Assembly: GCA_965198665.1 (NCBI GenBank)
Contig: CBDAPT010000008.1
Location: forward strand, 378,809 to 442,808
Direction: 5' to 3'
Length of the DNA: 64,000 nt
From: Rhizobiaceae bacterium
GTDB lineage: Bacteria > Pseudomonadota > Alphaproteobacteria > Rhizobiales > Rhizobiaceae
The notes beneath the pieces are model-generated. The model saw nothing but the letters and a program-made list of their open reading frames with translations, made no database searches and was not told the DNA's origin. Position 1 is the stretch's first letter. Each line of letters starts with the position of its first letter. A program made the position numbers and the translations under genes. Shown one piece after another: positions 1 through 9,442 of the stretch.

Positions 1-192
1 ACCGATCTCGCCAAACAGGATCGCGAAACAACCGTGGAAGAAGACATCCATCTGGTGGAATCCGTTCAGCGCGGTCTTAAATCGCGCGGCTATGTGCCCG
101 GTCCGCTGGTGCTGGATCCCAATTGCGGTGTCAGTTCCGAGCATTCGATCCGAGCACTGCAGCAATGGATGCGTGAAGCGGTGGACGGATGA
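1..192 (+). CDS. C-terminal fragment of a Rieske-type ring-hydroxylating oxygenase alpha subunit (5' end lies outside the window)
   Basis: Frame 1 is open from base 1 to TGA at 190-192. The translation ...EEDIHLVESVQRGLKSRGYVPGPLVLDPNCGVSSEHSIRALQQWMREAV resembles the conserved C-terminal 'ED..l.e.vQ.Gl.S..y..G.l....E..i..F..w' block of this family. Confidence 0.4.
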   Translation, partial: TDLAKQDRETTVEEDIHLVESVQRGLKSRGYVPGPLVLDPNCGVSSEHSIRALQQWMREAVDG

Positions 193-310
193 CGCGACAC
201 CAAAGCCAAAACTGATCCATTTCGCAACCAATCGTGATCCAAACGCCGACCAAAGCTGGGCCAATTTTGGAGACCTTGCGTGTTCTCACCCAAAAAAGCG
301 GTGGTTCAGG

Positions 311-1513
311 TCACACCGCTTCCAGTGCAACAGCAATGCCCTGACCCACACCGATGCACATGGTTGCGAGCGCCAGTTTGCCTTTTTTCTCGCTCAGTTC
401 CAGAGCCGCAGTTCCGGTAATTCGTGCACCTGACATGCCAAGCGGATGGCCAAGCGCAATTGCACCACCGTTTGGATTGACGTGTTCGGCTGCCTCGTCA
501 ATGCCAAGCTGGCGAAGAACAGCAAGGCCCTGAGAGGCAAAAGCCTCGTTCAATTCTATCACATCAAAATCAGACGGTTGGATCCCAAGTTGATGGCAGA
601 GTTTTTGTGTGGCCGGGGCTGGTCCGATACCCATAATACGCGGCTCAACGCCGACCGCTGCGCCTCCCATCACCCGCGCAATCGGTGTAAGGCCATGTTT
701 TTTCGCTGATTCCTCACTGGCTATAATCAGCGCGGCCGCCCCGTCGTTGACACCAGAGGCATTACCGGCCGTAACGGTGCCGCCATCGCGAAACGGTGTC
801 GGCAGGCTGCCCAGCTTATCCAGGGTAGTCGTCCTTGGGTGTTCGTCTGCATCCACGACAACAGGCTCTCCCCGGCGTTGGGGAATCCCGACCGATACAA
901 TCTCTTTTGCAAGGCGGCCGTTTGCCTGTGCTGCTGCTGCTTTTTCCTGGCTCCGCAACGCAAAAGCATCCTGATCAGTCCGGCTGATCTGGAAATCCTC
1001 GGCTACATTTTCCCCGGTTTCCGGCATGGAATCGATCCCGTACTGCTTTTTGAGAACCGGGTTCACAAACCGCCAACCGATTGTAGTATCATAAATTTCC
1101 GCGTTTCTGGAAAACGCCGAATGGGCTTTGGGCATAACGAACGGCGCCCGCGACATGCTTTCAACACCAGCGGCAATCACCAGTTCCGCCTCTCCCGATT
1201 TAATGGCTCGCGCAGCATCAATCACAGCATTCATGCCCGAACCGCAGAGCCGATTCAGGGTAACTGCGGGCAGGGATTGCGGAAGGCCCGCCAGCAAAAC
1301 CGCCATCCGCCCGACATTGCGGTTATCCTCACCGGCCTGATTGGCGCATCCCATGATCAGATCGTCGACTGCCTCCCAATCGACTGAGGTATTTCTTTCC
1401 TTAAGGGCATGCAAAGGCACGGCGGCAAGGTCATCAGTCCTTACCGCAGAGAGCGCACCGCCAAACCGTCCGATCGGAGTACGTACATAATCACAGATAA
1501 AAGCGTCGGTCAT
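311..1513 (-). CDS. 3-oxoadipyl-CoA / acetyl-CoA C-acyltransferase (thiolase II, PcaF/PaaJ-like)
   Basis: 400-aa ORF. N-terminus MTDAFICDYVRTPIGRFGGAL, active-site region NRLCGSG, C-terminal GGAIALGHPLGMSGARI...CIGVGQG. These are classic thiolase signatures. Confidence 0.9.
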   Translation of the reverse strand: MTDAFICDYVRTPIGRFGGALSAVRTDDLAAVPLHALKERNTSVDWEAVDDLIMGCANQAGEDNRNVGRMAVLLAGLPQSLPAVTLNRLCGSGMNAVIDAARAIKSGEAELVIAAGVESMSRAPFVMPKAHSAFSRNAEIYDTTIGWRFVNPVLKKQYGIDSMPETGENVAEDFQISRTDQDAFALRSQEKAAAAQANGRLAKEIVSVGIPQRRGEPVVVDADEHPRTTTLDKLGSLPTPFRDGGTVTAGNASGVNDGAAALIIASEESAKKHGLTPIARVMGGAAVGVEPRIMGIGPAPATQKLCHQLGIQPSDFDVIELNEAFASQGLAVLRQLGIDEAAEHVNPNGGAIALGHPLGMSGARITGTAALELSEKKGKLALATMCIGVGQGIAVALEAV

Positions 1514-1727
1514 AATGTTTCCCGGTAGTCATGAAAGATGAAAAACGTGCTTGATGTTGTTAGTTACATTTTGTGCAGATAAAAAATAGGCAATTCGTTC
1601 AATTGGCAACCGGGGGAGGTGAAATTCAACATTTATGCGCCTGCCAGACAACAGGCACTATAATTCAGATTGTCATTGAACTGTTGACGAACTAAGAATC
1701 AACTTTCTTGAAATGGAGGAGATAACA

Positions 1728-2765
1728 GTGAAAAATCTATCCAAACTTCTGGTCAAAGTGGGTGCCACTGCACTTTTGACCACCATGGTTGCAGCTTCTG
1801 CCTACGCGCAGGAAGTAACCCTGAAAATGCACCAGTTCCTGCCGCCGCAGGCAAATGTTCCCAAACTGGTTCTGGATGTCTGGGCCGACAAGGTCGAAAA
1901 AGCTTCCGATGGCCGCATCGATGTCCAGCATTTTCCTTCTATGCAATTGGGCGGCAAACCACCGGAACTCATGGATCAGGCGATTGACGGTGTTGCCGAC
2001 GTCATCTGGACGGTTGTGGGCTACACTCCAGGCCGTTTCCCACGGACAGAGGTTTTTGAGCTACCCTTCATGATGACCGACGCCGGTGCGGTTTCACGTG
2101 CCTACTGGCAGATGTTCGAAACCCACATGAAAGATGCTGACTTCAAGGATCTTAAAATTCTCGGAACCTGGGTGCATGGACCAGGGCTCATTCACGCAAA
2201 CAAGCCGATCCGTGAAGTAGCGGATCTCCAGGGAGTAAAAGTACGCGGTGCTTCGCGCACAGTTACCACCCTGTTTGAAAACTTCGGCGCTACTTCCGTC
2301 GGCATGCCGGTTCCCGCAGTACCGGAAGCACTATCCAAAGGCGTGATCGATGCAACCACCATCCCGTGGGAAGTAACGGCTGCACTCAAGGTACCCGAAT
2401 TGGTGAAAAATCATACGGAATTCTCTAACAAAGCGCTTTACACCGTGACTTTCGTACTCGCCATGAACAAGGCCAAATACGAAAGCCTGCCGGACGATCT
2501 TAAAAAGGTAATTGACGACAATTCCGGCGAGGAATTCTCGGTATTTGCCGGTGAAACCCAGGCCGGTGCTGACGGCCCTGCACGCGAAAAAGCGGTTGCT
2601 GCTGGCAACAACATCATCACTCTGACGGATGAAGAGGTTGCCAAATGGCGGGAAGCTGCACAGCCGGTCTACGACAAATGGATCGCTGACATGGATTCCC
2701 GTGGTATTGACGGCAAGGCCCTGATCGCGAAAGCCCAGGAGCTCATCAAGAAATATTCCAAATAA
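1728..2765 (+). CDS. dctP: TRAP transporter substrate-binding protein (DctP family)
   Basis: DctP-like translation with a signal peptide (VKNLSKLLVKVGATALLTTMVAASAYAQE). GGAGGAG at 1715-1721 lies 6 nt before GTG 1728, so I prefer that start over ATG 1713. Followed by dctQ/dctM homologues. Confidence 0.85.
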   Translation: MKNLSKLLVKVGATALLTTMVAASAYAQEVTLKMHQFLPPQANVPKLVLDVWADKVEKASDGRIDVQHFPSMQLGGKPPELMDQAIDGVADVIWTVVGYTPGRFPRTEVFELPFMMTDAGAVSRAYWQMFETHMKDADFKDLKILGTWVHGPGLIHANKPIREVADLQGVKVRGASRTVTTLFENFGATSVGMPVPAVPEALSKGVIDATTIPWEVTAALKVPELVKNHTEFSNKALYTVTFVLAMNKAKYESLPDDLKKVIDDNSGEEFSVFAGETQAGADGPAREKAVAAGNNIITLTDEEVAKWREAAQPVYDKWIADMDSRGIDGKALIAKAQELIKKYSK

Positions 2766-2774
2766 ACAACAATT

Positions 2775-2801
2775 GAGGAGCGGAATAATAATCCGCTCCT
2801 C
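2775..2801 (+). terminator. Intercistronic hairpin/terminator after dctP, now separated from its T-tract by IS110 copy A
   Basis: 10-bp stem GAGGAGCGGA / TCCGCTCCTC with a 7-nt loop. The matching TTTT(T)G run is found only on the far side of the IS, at 4095-4100. Confidence 0.5.
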
Positions 2802-4096
2802 CTATGATGGTTGTCCAGCGGGAATGTTCTGCCCCGCGATCTTGAAGGCCGGAAAGTCCTCGAAGACCCAGCCGTTCTTGAGCGTGTCGTAGATGATCGC
2901 GAGCAGTTTACGTGCGGTCGCGATGATCGCCTTGCCGGCCCCGCGCCTGGCCTTGATGCGTTGGTAGAAGGCATTGAGGTAGCCCGAGTATCGGATGGCA
3001 ATGAGCGTGCACTGAACCAGCGTGGTGCGCATCAGCTTGTTGCCGCGTTTGGTGATCCGCCCCCGGTTGTCGGTTTCGTTCGACTGGCTGACGCGCGGGA
3101 CGATGCCCACATAGGCAGCCAGCTTGTCGGCGTCCTCGAAGTCATCGACGTTGCCGATCCCCGACAGGAGCACGGCCGCCGAGCGCGGACCGATGCCCTT
3201 GATTGAGACGAGGCCGTCGTAGCCATCCAGTTCCCGGGCGGCCTCTTCGATCGCACCGTCCAGTTCGCCAATCGTCGCCATAAGCCTCAGCGCCTGGTCG
3301 CGCAGGGCCTTCAACTCGACCTGTTCCAGTGTCGAGAACCGGCCGACCTCCAGAGCATTGAGCCGCCGCTTCGAGCCCAGGCTTTCCTTCTTCAGCTTGA
3401 CGCCGTGGCGCGTGTGCAGCGCATGGATCTTGTTGATGAGCCGGGTGCGCTGCTTGACCAGAAGATCGCGCGTGTGGGTGAGTGACGCCAACTCGCTCTC
3501 GGCAACCGTCTTCACACGCGTCTCGGGCAGCATGTCCTTCGACAGGAAGAAGGCCAGTGCCCGGGCATCGTTCCTGTCCGTCTTCTTCACCGACTTGCGG
3601 ATCACGCCGAACTGCCTCGGGTTGACCACGACAACACGGCCGACGCAAGCGACCACCTCGTCACGAAACCAGGCCGAATTGCCCGTCGCCTCCACGGCAA
3701 TCTCGTCGTCCGCATCAAGGCTCAGGCAGAACCGTTCCAGATCGGCCGCTGCCAGCTGGTAGGTTTCAAATATCTCGCTGCCGTCAGCTTCAAGCCGGCA
3801 GACCGTGAAAGACGTCGTGTGAAGATCGACACCGATAAAGGACATGGCTAAACTTCTCCCGTTGGTGAGCGGCGGAACCCTGACAAGGGTGTGAACGGCC
3901 ACGCCAAACTCCTATACGAGGTCACCGGACCGAACCGGGCCTCACGCTGGTCGTTCAGATACAGGCGGCGGGTAATCTCCTTTACAGGGTCGCAATGCCC
4001 TAAGATGACATCCAGCCTGCAGCCTATCCGCCTCTCCCAGCACTCTATCCGAGTCGGGATGCATGACCGCTCACACCCCATTCATGCCATCTCCTT
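2799..4096 (-). mobile_element. IS110-family (IS110 group) insertion sequence, copy A, 1298 bp, intact
   Basis: Boundaries come from aligning the three copies by eye. The common sequence runs from AAGGAGATGGCATGAATGG... to ...CAACCATCATAGGAG. No terminal inverted repeats; AGGAG is present at both ends. Confidence 0.85.
2802..3845 (-). CDS. IS110-family DEDD transposase/recombinase
   Basis: MSFIGVDLHTTSF...VEATGNSAW...KTDRNDARALA... has the IS110 N-terminal RuvC-like motifs. GGGAGA RBS precedes ATG 3845. The longer ORF from 3902 is probably an upstream extension. Confidence 0.9.
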   Translation of the reverse strand: MSFIGVDLHTTSFTVCRLEADGSEIFETYQLAAADLERFCLSLDADDEIAVEATGNSAWFRDEVVACVGRVVVVNPRQFGVIRKSVKKTDRNDARALAFFLSKDMLPETRVKTVAESELASLTHTRDLLVKQRTRLINKIHALHTRHGVKLKKESLGSKRRLNALEVGRFSTLEQVELKALRDQALRLMATIGELDGAIEEAARELDGYDGLVSIKGIGPRSAAVLLSGIGNVDDFEDADKLAAYVGIVPRVSQSNETDNRGRITKRGNKLMRTTLVQCTLIAIRYSGYLNAFYQRIKARRGAGKAIIATARKLLAIIYDTLKNGWVFEDFPAFKIAGQNIPAGQPS

Positions 4097-4147
4097 TTTG
4101 CCTTGTCCTGCAAGTGCTACAAACACGTACTGCTGCATACAAGGTGA

Positions 4148-4738
4148 TTGGGGACAATGAACAAATTCATGCATCTGCTGGCCCGTGGCATGGCCCTTTT
4201 CGGAGGGGCTATTCTGCTGTGCCTGATCATCATTACCTGCAATTCGGTTGCCGGAAGAATTCTCAACACATTGGGCCATACCGAAACACTTAAGGAATCC
4301 CTGCCTGCAATCAGTAGTTTCCTGACCAAGTTCGGGCCTATTGTCGGTGATTTCGAACTGGTCGAAGCGGGTGTCGCTTTTGCCATTATGGCTTTTCTGC
4401 CCTGGTGCCAGTTGAACCGGGCTCATGCCACGGTTGAATTGTTTACCGGATTTCTGCCTGCCCGATTCAACCAAATCCTGGCTTTGCTGTGGGAGGCTCT
4501 GTTTGCCTTCGTTCTCGTTATAGTCACCTGGCGCCTTTATGTCGGAACAACTGACAAAATGCGTTACGGAGAGACAACGTTTCTGCTCCAGTTCCCGGTC
4601 TGGTGGGGATATGCCGCCTGTGCAGCTGCGGCGGCGGTAGCCTGTGTCGTGGCCATCTACTCAACATGGCTTCATGCAACCGAACTGATGTCTGACGAAA
4701 GCAGGGATGATGCAGTCGGTGGAGGGGTTGCGGAATGA
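4148..4738 (+). CDS. dctQ: TRAP transporter small permease (DctQ family)
   Basis: 196-aa hydrophobic protein with about 4 TM segments. Its stop overlaps the start of the DctM-like gene (ATGA). Confidence 0.8.
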   Translation: MGTMNKFMHLLARGMALFGGAILLCLIIITCNSVAGRILNTLGHTETLKESLPAISSFLTKFGPIVGDFELVEAGVAFAIMAFLPWCQLNRAHATVELFTGFLPARFNQILALLWEALFAFVLVIVTWRLYVGTTDKMRYGETTFLLQFPVWWGYAACAAAAAVACVVAIYSTWLHATELMSDESRDDAVGGGVAE

Positions 4739-6057
4739 GTAACCTCGAAATTGGCATGCTTTCCATGCCGGTTCTTTTGCTGCTGATTTTTTTGCGCATG
4801 CCTATCGGCCTTGCCATGCTGGTATGTGGTCTTGGCGGCACCATGTGGATTACCGGCGGTTCGCTCGTCGTACTTGCCAAGCTCAAAAACGAAACCTATT
4901 CAACCTTTTCGAACTATTCCTTGTCTATCGTTCCGTTGTTTCTGCTCATGGGACAGTTTGCAACGCTGGGGGGCATGTCGACTGCCCTGTTCAAAGCGGC
5001 AGAAACCTGGCTGGGCCATAGAAAAGGTGGCGTGGCAATGGCGTCTGTCGGAGCCTGTGCGGGTTTTGGAGCTATTTGCGGTTCTTCACTTGCAACCGCT
5101 GCCACTATGGGACAGGTGGCTTTGCCGGAACTCAAACGGTACGGATATTCAGGCGGTCTTTCAACCGCTACACTGGCGGCAGGCGGCACGCTTGGCATTC
5201 TCATCCCGCCCTCCGTGGTTTTGGTGATTTATGCAATCATCACCGAACAGAACATCGCAAAAATGTTTCTGGCAGCCTTCATTCCGGGCCTGCTTGCGGC
5301 CCTTGGATACATCATCACCATCTCCGTGGTGATGCGGCTCAATCCGGGCAACGCACAACTGCGTGAGCGAGTTCCCTATGGCGAGCGCTTCAGGGCGCTG
5401 TTTGATGTCTGGCCGGTACTGCTGGTATTTCTTCTGGTCGTTGGCGGTATCTATCTTGGCTGGTTCACACCGACGGAAGCCGCGGCAATCGGCGCAGCCG
5501 GTACTGCGATCATCGCCTGGCGAAACAAGGGGCTGACCAAGAGCTCATTGTCAGAAGCAATCCTCGCTACAGCCAAAAACACAGCCATGATTTTCATCAT
5601 CATTCTGGGAGCCGGGTTTTACAATTCATTTCTCGCGCTCTCCCAGGTACCACAGGAAATTTCCGGCTTTATCGTTGAACAGGGGTTCAACCCGTGGCTG
5701 ATCCTGATCATCATCCTGTGCCTATACCTGATTTTCGGCTGTGTCATGGATTCCCTTTCCATGATCCTGCTGACGGTCCCCATATTCTTTCCGATCATAT
5801 CGGTTCTGGAATTCGGTCTGACCATCGAGGAAACCGCAATCTGGTTCGGTATACTGGTACTGATTGTTGTCGAGGTGGGCCTGATCACGCCGCCGGTCGG
5901 CATGAACCTGTTTGTCATTAATGCCATGGACAGAAGCACACGCATCGTTGAAACTTATCGTAATGTCTTTCCGTTTGTCATGTCGGATATCATCCGGACC
6001 GGCATCCTGATTGCATTTCCGGGAATTACCCTGTTTCTGTTGCGAATGTTTTACTGA
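4735..6057 (+). CDS. dctM: TRAP transporter large permease (DctM family)
   Basis: 440-aa polytopic membrane protein with DctM-like blocks (GGTLGILIPPS, PPVGMNLFV). Confidence 0.9.
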   Translation: MSNLEIGMLSMPVLLLLIFLRMPIGLAMLVCGLGGTMWITGGSLVVLAKLKNETYSTFSNYSLSIVPLFLLMGQFATLGGMSTALFKAAETWLGHRKGGVAMASVGACAGFGAICGSSLATAATMGQVALPELKRYGYSGGLSTATLAAGGTLGILIPPSVVLVIYAIITEQNIAKMFLAAFIPGLLAALGYIITISVVMRLNPGNAQLRERVPYGERFRALFDVWPVLLVFLLVVGGIYLGWFTPTEAAAIGAAGTAIIAWRNKGLTKSSLSEAILATAKNTAMIFIIILGAGFYNSFLALSQVPQEISGFIVEQGFNPWLILIIILCLYLIFGCVMDSLSMILLTVPIFFPIISVLEFGLTIEETAIWFGILVLIVVEVGLITPPVGMNLFVINAMDRSTRIVETYRNVFPFVMSDIIRTGILIAFPGITLFLLRMFY

Positions 6058-6891
6058 CCAGCAATCGGGAGGAGAAAATGACACAAGCCAACGAAAATGC
6101 CGCCCTCCATTTTGTTGATCGGCATGCCTCTGGCCCGCTTGGCGACAAGGCGGTATTTATCGAGGCAGATGGTGCCCAGCGCACCATGACCTATGCCGAG
6201 CTTGCCCATGAAAGTGGGAAGATGGCCGAATTTTACGAGGCAAACGGTATTCACCGGGAAGACCGGGCGGCAGTTCTTGTGCTGGACCAGATTGAATTCC
6301 CGGTGATATTCTGGGGCAGCCTCAAGGCAGGGGTTGTGCCAGTCGCCATAAACACGCTTTTGGCCAGCGATGTGTATGACGCAATCCTTCGCGACAGTCG
6401 GGCACGCATACTGTTCGTATCCCAGGCTCTGCTTGCGATTGTCGAACCGGTGCTGAAAGACAATCCCTATCTCGCAAAAGTGTTTGTGATCGGAGATGAT
6501 GCAGGTGCACATGAAACGTTCACAGGCGCTTTGGACAAATACCAGTCACGCGAAGCACTACATGTCACGGGCGAGGAATCGGCATTCTGGTTGTACTCCT
6601 CCGGATCCACCGGGCAACCCAAAGGTGTACGCCACGTTCATTCCAGTCTGAAATACACTGCCGACACTTATGGTGCACAGGTACTCGGCATAGAAGAGGC
6701 AGACACCGTGTATTCAGCGGCAACGTTCTTTTTCGCCTACGGCCTCGGCAACGCCATGACGTTCCCTATGTCTGTGGGTGCAACCACTATCATTCTGGCC
6801 GGACGACCGACACCGGACTCGGTTACCGAAACGCTCAATACGTACAAACCATCTGTCTTTTGTGGCGTCCCGACGCTTTATGCCGCCCTTA

Positions 6892-7958
6892 GAGCGTGTT
6901 CGCATCACGTGAATTCACAGCCGACTGCCCTGAAGAAATTCCGGCACTCCATTGGCGTGAACATATGGCAGACCTCTCCGATTGCCTTCCAGACATCATC
7001 GAAGGTTCTGGCGCCTGCCTTCCTCAGATGAGCCTTGAGCTTCGAAAAGGCCATTTCAATGGCATTGAGATCTGGGGAATATTTCGGCAGGAACAAAAAC
7101 CATGCGCCGATATCTCGCAAGATCTGCTCGGCTTTTTCGCTCTTGTGAGCGGCTAGGTGGTCAAGGATTACGACATCTCTCTTTTCCAGTTCTGGCGCCA
7201 ACTGTGTCTCAACATAAATCTCAAAGATTTCTTTGGTCATGGCCCGGTCAATAACCCAGGGCGCAACCAGTCCATGACTGCGCAGGCCTGCGATAAGTGT
7301 CTGCTTCTTCCAGTGGCCATGAGGGACAAAATCTATGAGGCGCTCTCCTGTTGGGGCCCATCCAGTTTGCTTGGCCATTTTGGTGTTTGTGGACGTCTCA
7401 TCAATGAAGACAAGTTTTTCAATCGACCGATTCAAAAACGGAACACGCCTTGTCTTCCAGAGTTCGCGGTCTTTTTTCACGTCGATGCGGTGTTGCTCCT
7501 TGGCATAAATAGTCTTTTTTTATGCGACAACCCGAAACTGCGCACAACATGCCAGACAGGCGAATGATGGACATTGAGGTTGAATTTTTCGTTCAGCTCC
7601 GCACAAAGCTTACGGATTGTAATGTCCTTTTGTTCATCAACCCGTTTTCGAAGCCAGTCTTTATAGGGTGAAAGCTTGCCATGGCCTGTTTTTCCCGGGT
7701 TATGTTTTGGAGCAAGCGAGCCAGTTTCACGTTTCAACTTCACCATATCATTCACAAATTTGACGGAGACTTTGAAATGGGCAGCCGTTCCACGATGAGT
7801 GTGGCCTTCTTCTACATGAGCTACAACACGTTTACGCAATTCAATCGGATGGGGCTTGGGCATTGAAAATCCTTGGCTTCGAACCGAATCAGGTCACCCC
7901 AATCAGAATCATATTCGCGCACGGAAAGAAACTGAATCTACTCGACACAAACACGCTC
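6892..7958 (-). mobile_element. IS630-family insertion sequence, copy 1 (1067 bp)
   Basis: Terminal IR GAGCGTGTT...AACACGCTC. TA present on both sides (6890-6891 and 7959-7960). Appears identical to copy 2 (same length, identical ORF translations). Confidence 0.9.
6905..7863 (-). CDS. IS630-family transposase, two overlapping frames joined by a predicted -1 frameshift
   Basis: orfA (7477-7863) is the HTH part and orfB (6905-7480) the DDE part. The A AAA AAA G motif (T-run 7515-7521 on the + strand) gives a continuous ...GLSHKKKTIYAKEQHRIDVKKDRELWK... after a -1 slip. Confidence 0.8.
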
Positions 7959-8529
7959 TAATGCGCATCTTGAAGGAGGAAAGGCGAAACTGGAAGTCAA
8001 CCTTCGACGGTGTATTTCTGCCGGCGAGGCCCTGCCCGCTGAAGTCGGCAAGGATGTAAGTAACAACGAAGTCGGAGAACTGCTCGTGAATGGCGATTCT
8101 GCAGCGGCGGATTATTGGAACCAGCGTGAAAAGAGCCGTGCAACCTTTGAAGGCGTATGGACACGCACCGGAGACAAATATGAACGTCGCGAGGACGGTC
8201 GTCACATCTATTGCGGAAGAACCGATGACATGTTCAAGGTTTCGGGGATTTGGGTTTCACCGTTTGAAGTCGAGCAATCGATTTCGTCCCATCCCGACGT
8301 ACTTGAATCCGCCGTTGTCCCGGCAAGGGATGATGAAGATCTGGAAAAACCCAAGGCATTTGTCATCCTCAAAGAAGGGGTAAGTTCCAACGGCATGGAC
8401 CAGATCCTGAAAGAACAGGTCCAACAACAAATAGGCAAATGGAAATATCCACGCTGGGTCGAATTTGTGTCCGAATTGCCCAAAACTGCAACCGGTAAAA
8501 TTCAACGTTTCAAGCTGCGGGACTGAACC

Positions 8530-9354
8530 ATGGCAGGATTCTGCTGGACACCAGGCAGCACGCAGTTCCTTGATGTGAACGGGCATAGTCTCGAGGCTGT
8601 TTGCTACGGCCCATCACCCGAACAGTCACCCACCATCGTCATGCTCCATGAGGGGTTGGGCTGTGTCGAACTCTGGCGCGATTTTCCAAAGGCCCTTTGT
8701 GATCGGACCGGCATGGGCGTATTTGTGTTCAGTCGCGCCGGTTACGGCAAATCCTCAGCCATTTCGCTGCCACGACCGCTGGACTATCAGTCGCGCGAAG
8801 CCATTGAGACATTGCCAAAAGTTCTGGATACGATTGGATTCAGGAACGGAATTTTGTTGGGTCACAGCGATGGAGCGACAATTTCAGCGATCTACGCCGG
8901 TTCGATTGAGGACTTCCGGGTTCGTGGGCTGATACTTATTGCACCGCATTTCTTCGGAGAGCCGGAAAGCTGGGCATCGATTAAAAGGGCAAAAATCGAC
9001 TACGAGACAACGGACCTCAAGGAAAAGCTAGCAAAATATCATGACAATCCGGACTGCGCCTTCCTGGGTTGGAACGGCGCCTGGCTGCACCGGGACTTCA
9101 GAAGCTGGAACGTTGCCGATGTAATCGATTATTTTCGGATACCTGTGCTGGCAGTTCAGGGAATCGACGACCAGTACGGAACGCTTGCGCAAATCGATGA
9201 GCTGGGAAACCGGATCTATTCACCTCTCGAAAAAGCGATCCTGGACGATTGCGGACATTCGCCACATCTTGAAAAGCCGGAAGAGACCCTCGCTGTGATC
9301 GAAGAATATGTCAAAAGGTTAAACCGGATTGAGGCGGAACAAGTGGCTCTGTAA
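8530..9354 (+). CDS. Alpha/beta-fold hydrolase
   Basis: 274 aa with HEGLG, a GHSDG nucleophile elbow and C-terminal ...CGHSPHLEKPEE. Lies between the ligase and boxC. Confidence 0.75.
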   Translation: MAGFCWTPGSTQFLDVNGHSLEAVCYGPSPEQSPTIVMLHEGLGCVELWRDFPKALCDRTGMGVFVFSRAGYGKSSAISLPRPLDYQSREAIETLPKVLDTIGFRNGILLGHSDGATISAIYAGSIEDFRVRGLILIAPHFFGEPESWASIKRAKIDYETTDLKEKLAKYHDNPDCAFLGWNGAWLHRDFRSWNVADVIDYFRIPVLAVQGIDDQYGTLAQIDELGNRIYSPLEKAILDDCGHSPHLEKPEETLAVIEEYVKRLNRIEAEQVAL

Positions 9355-9442
9355 CCAGACCATTTATGAATTATAGTTCATTAACACCAACCTGACATGC
9401 ATTATTATTCTCAAAGTTGCTTATTCTTTCCGGACTTCTTTG

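Larger units (their letters stand above)
6078..8526 (+). pseudogene. Benzoate-CoA ligase family gene, interrupted by IS630 copy 1 and apparently carrying an internal deletion
   Basis: The N-terminal part (6078-6891) has the AMP-binding motif YSSGSTGQPKGV and FFFAYGLGN. The C-terminal part (7961-8526) ends ...PKTATGKIQRFKLRD. The two parts are in frame once the IS plus one TA is removed. The segment that normally holds DGIGSTE...YGTSGKPVPGY is absent between ...SAGEALPAEVGKD and VSNNEVGELLVNGDSAA. Confidence 0.8.

Noticed and set aside
1514-1727. Search for BoxR/BzdR-type TGCA-repeat operators in the thiolase / dctP divergent region and upstream of boxC
   Set aside because: Only isolated TGCA tetramers occur. 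No repeated or palindromic arrangement is convincing enough to report.
3142-3648. Arg/Gly/Pro-rich 168-aa and 134-aa ORFs recurring three times (also at 17161-17781 and 50349-50969)
   Set aside because: They recur only because they are alternative frames of the repeated IS110 transposase gene. Their low-complexity composition is typical of off-frame translation of GC-rich coding DNA.
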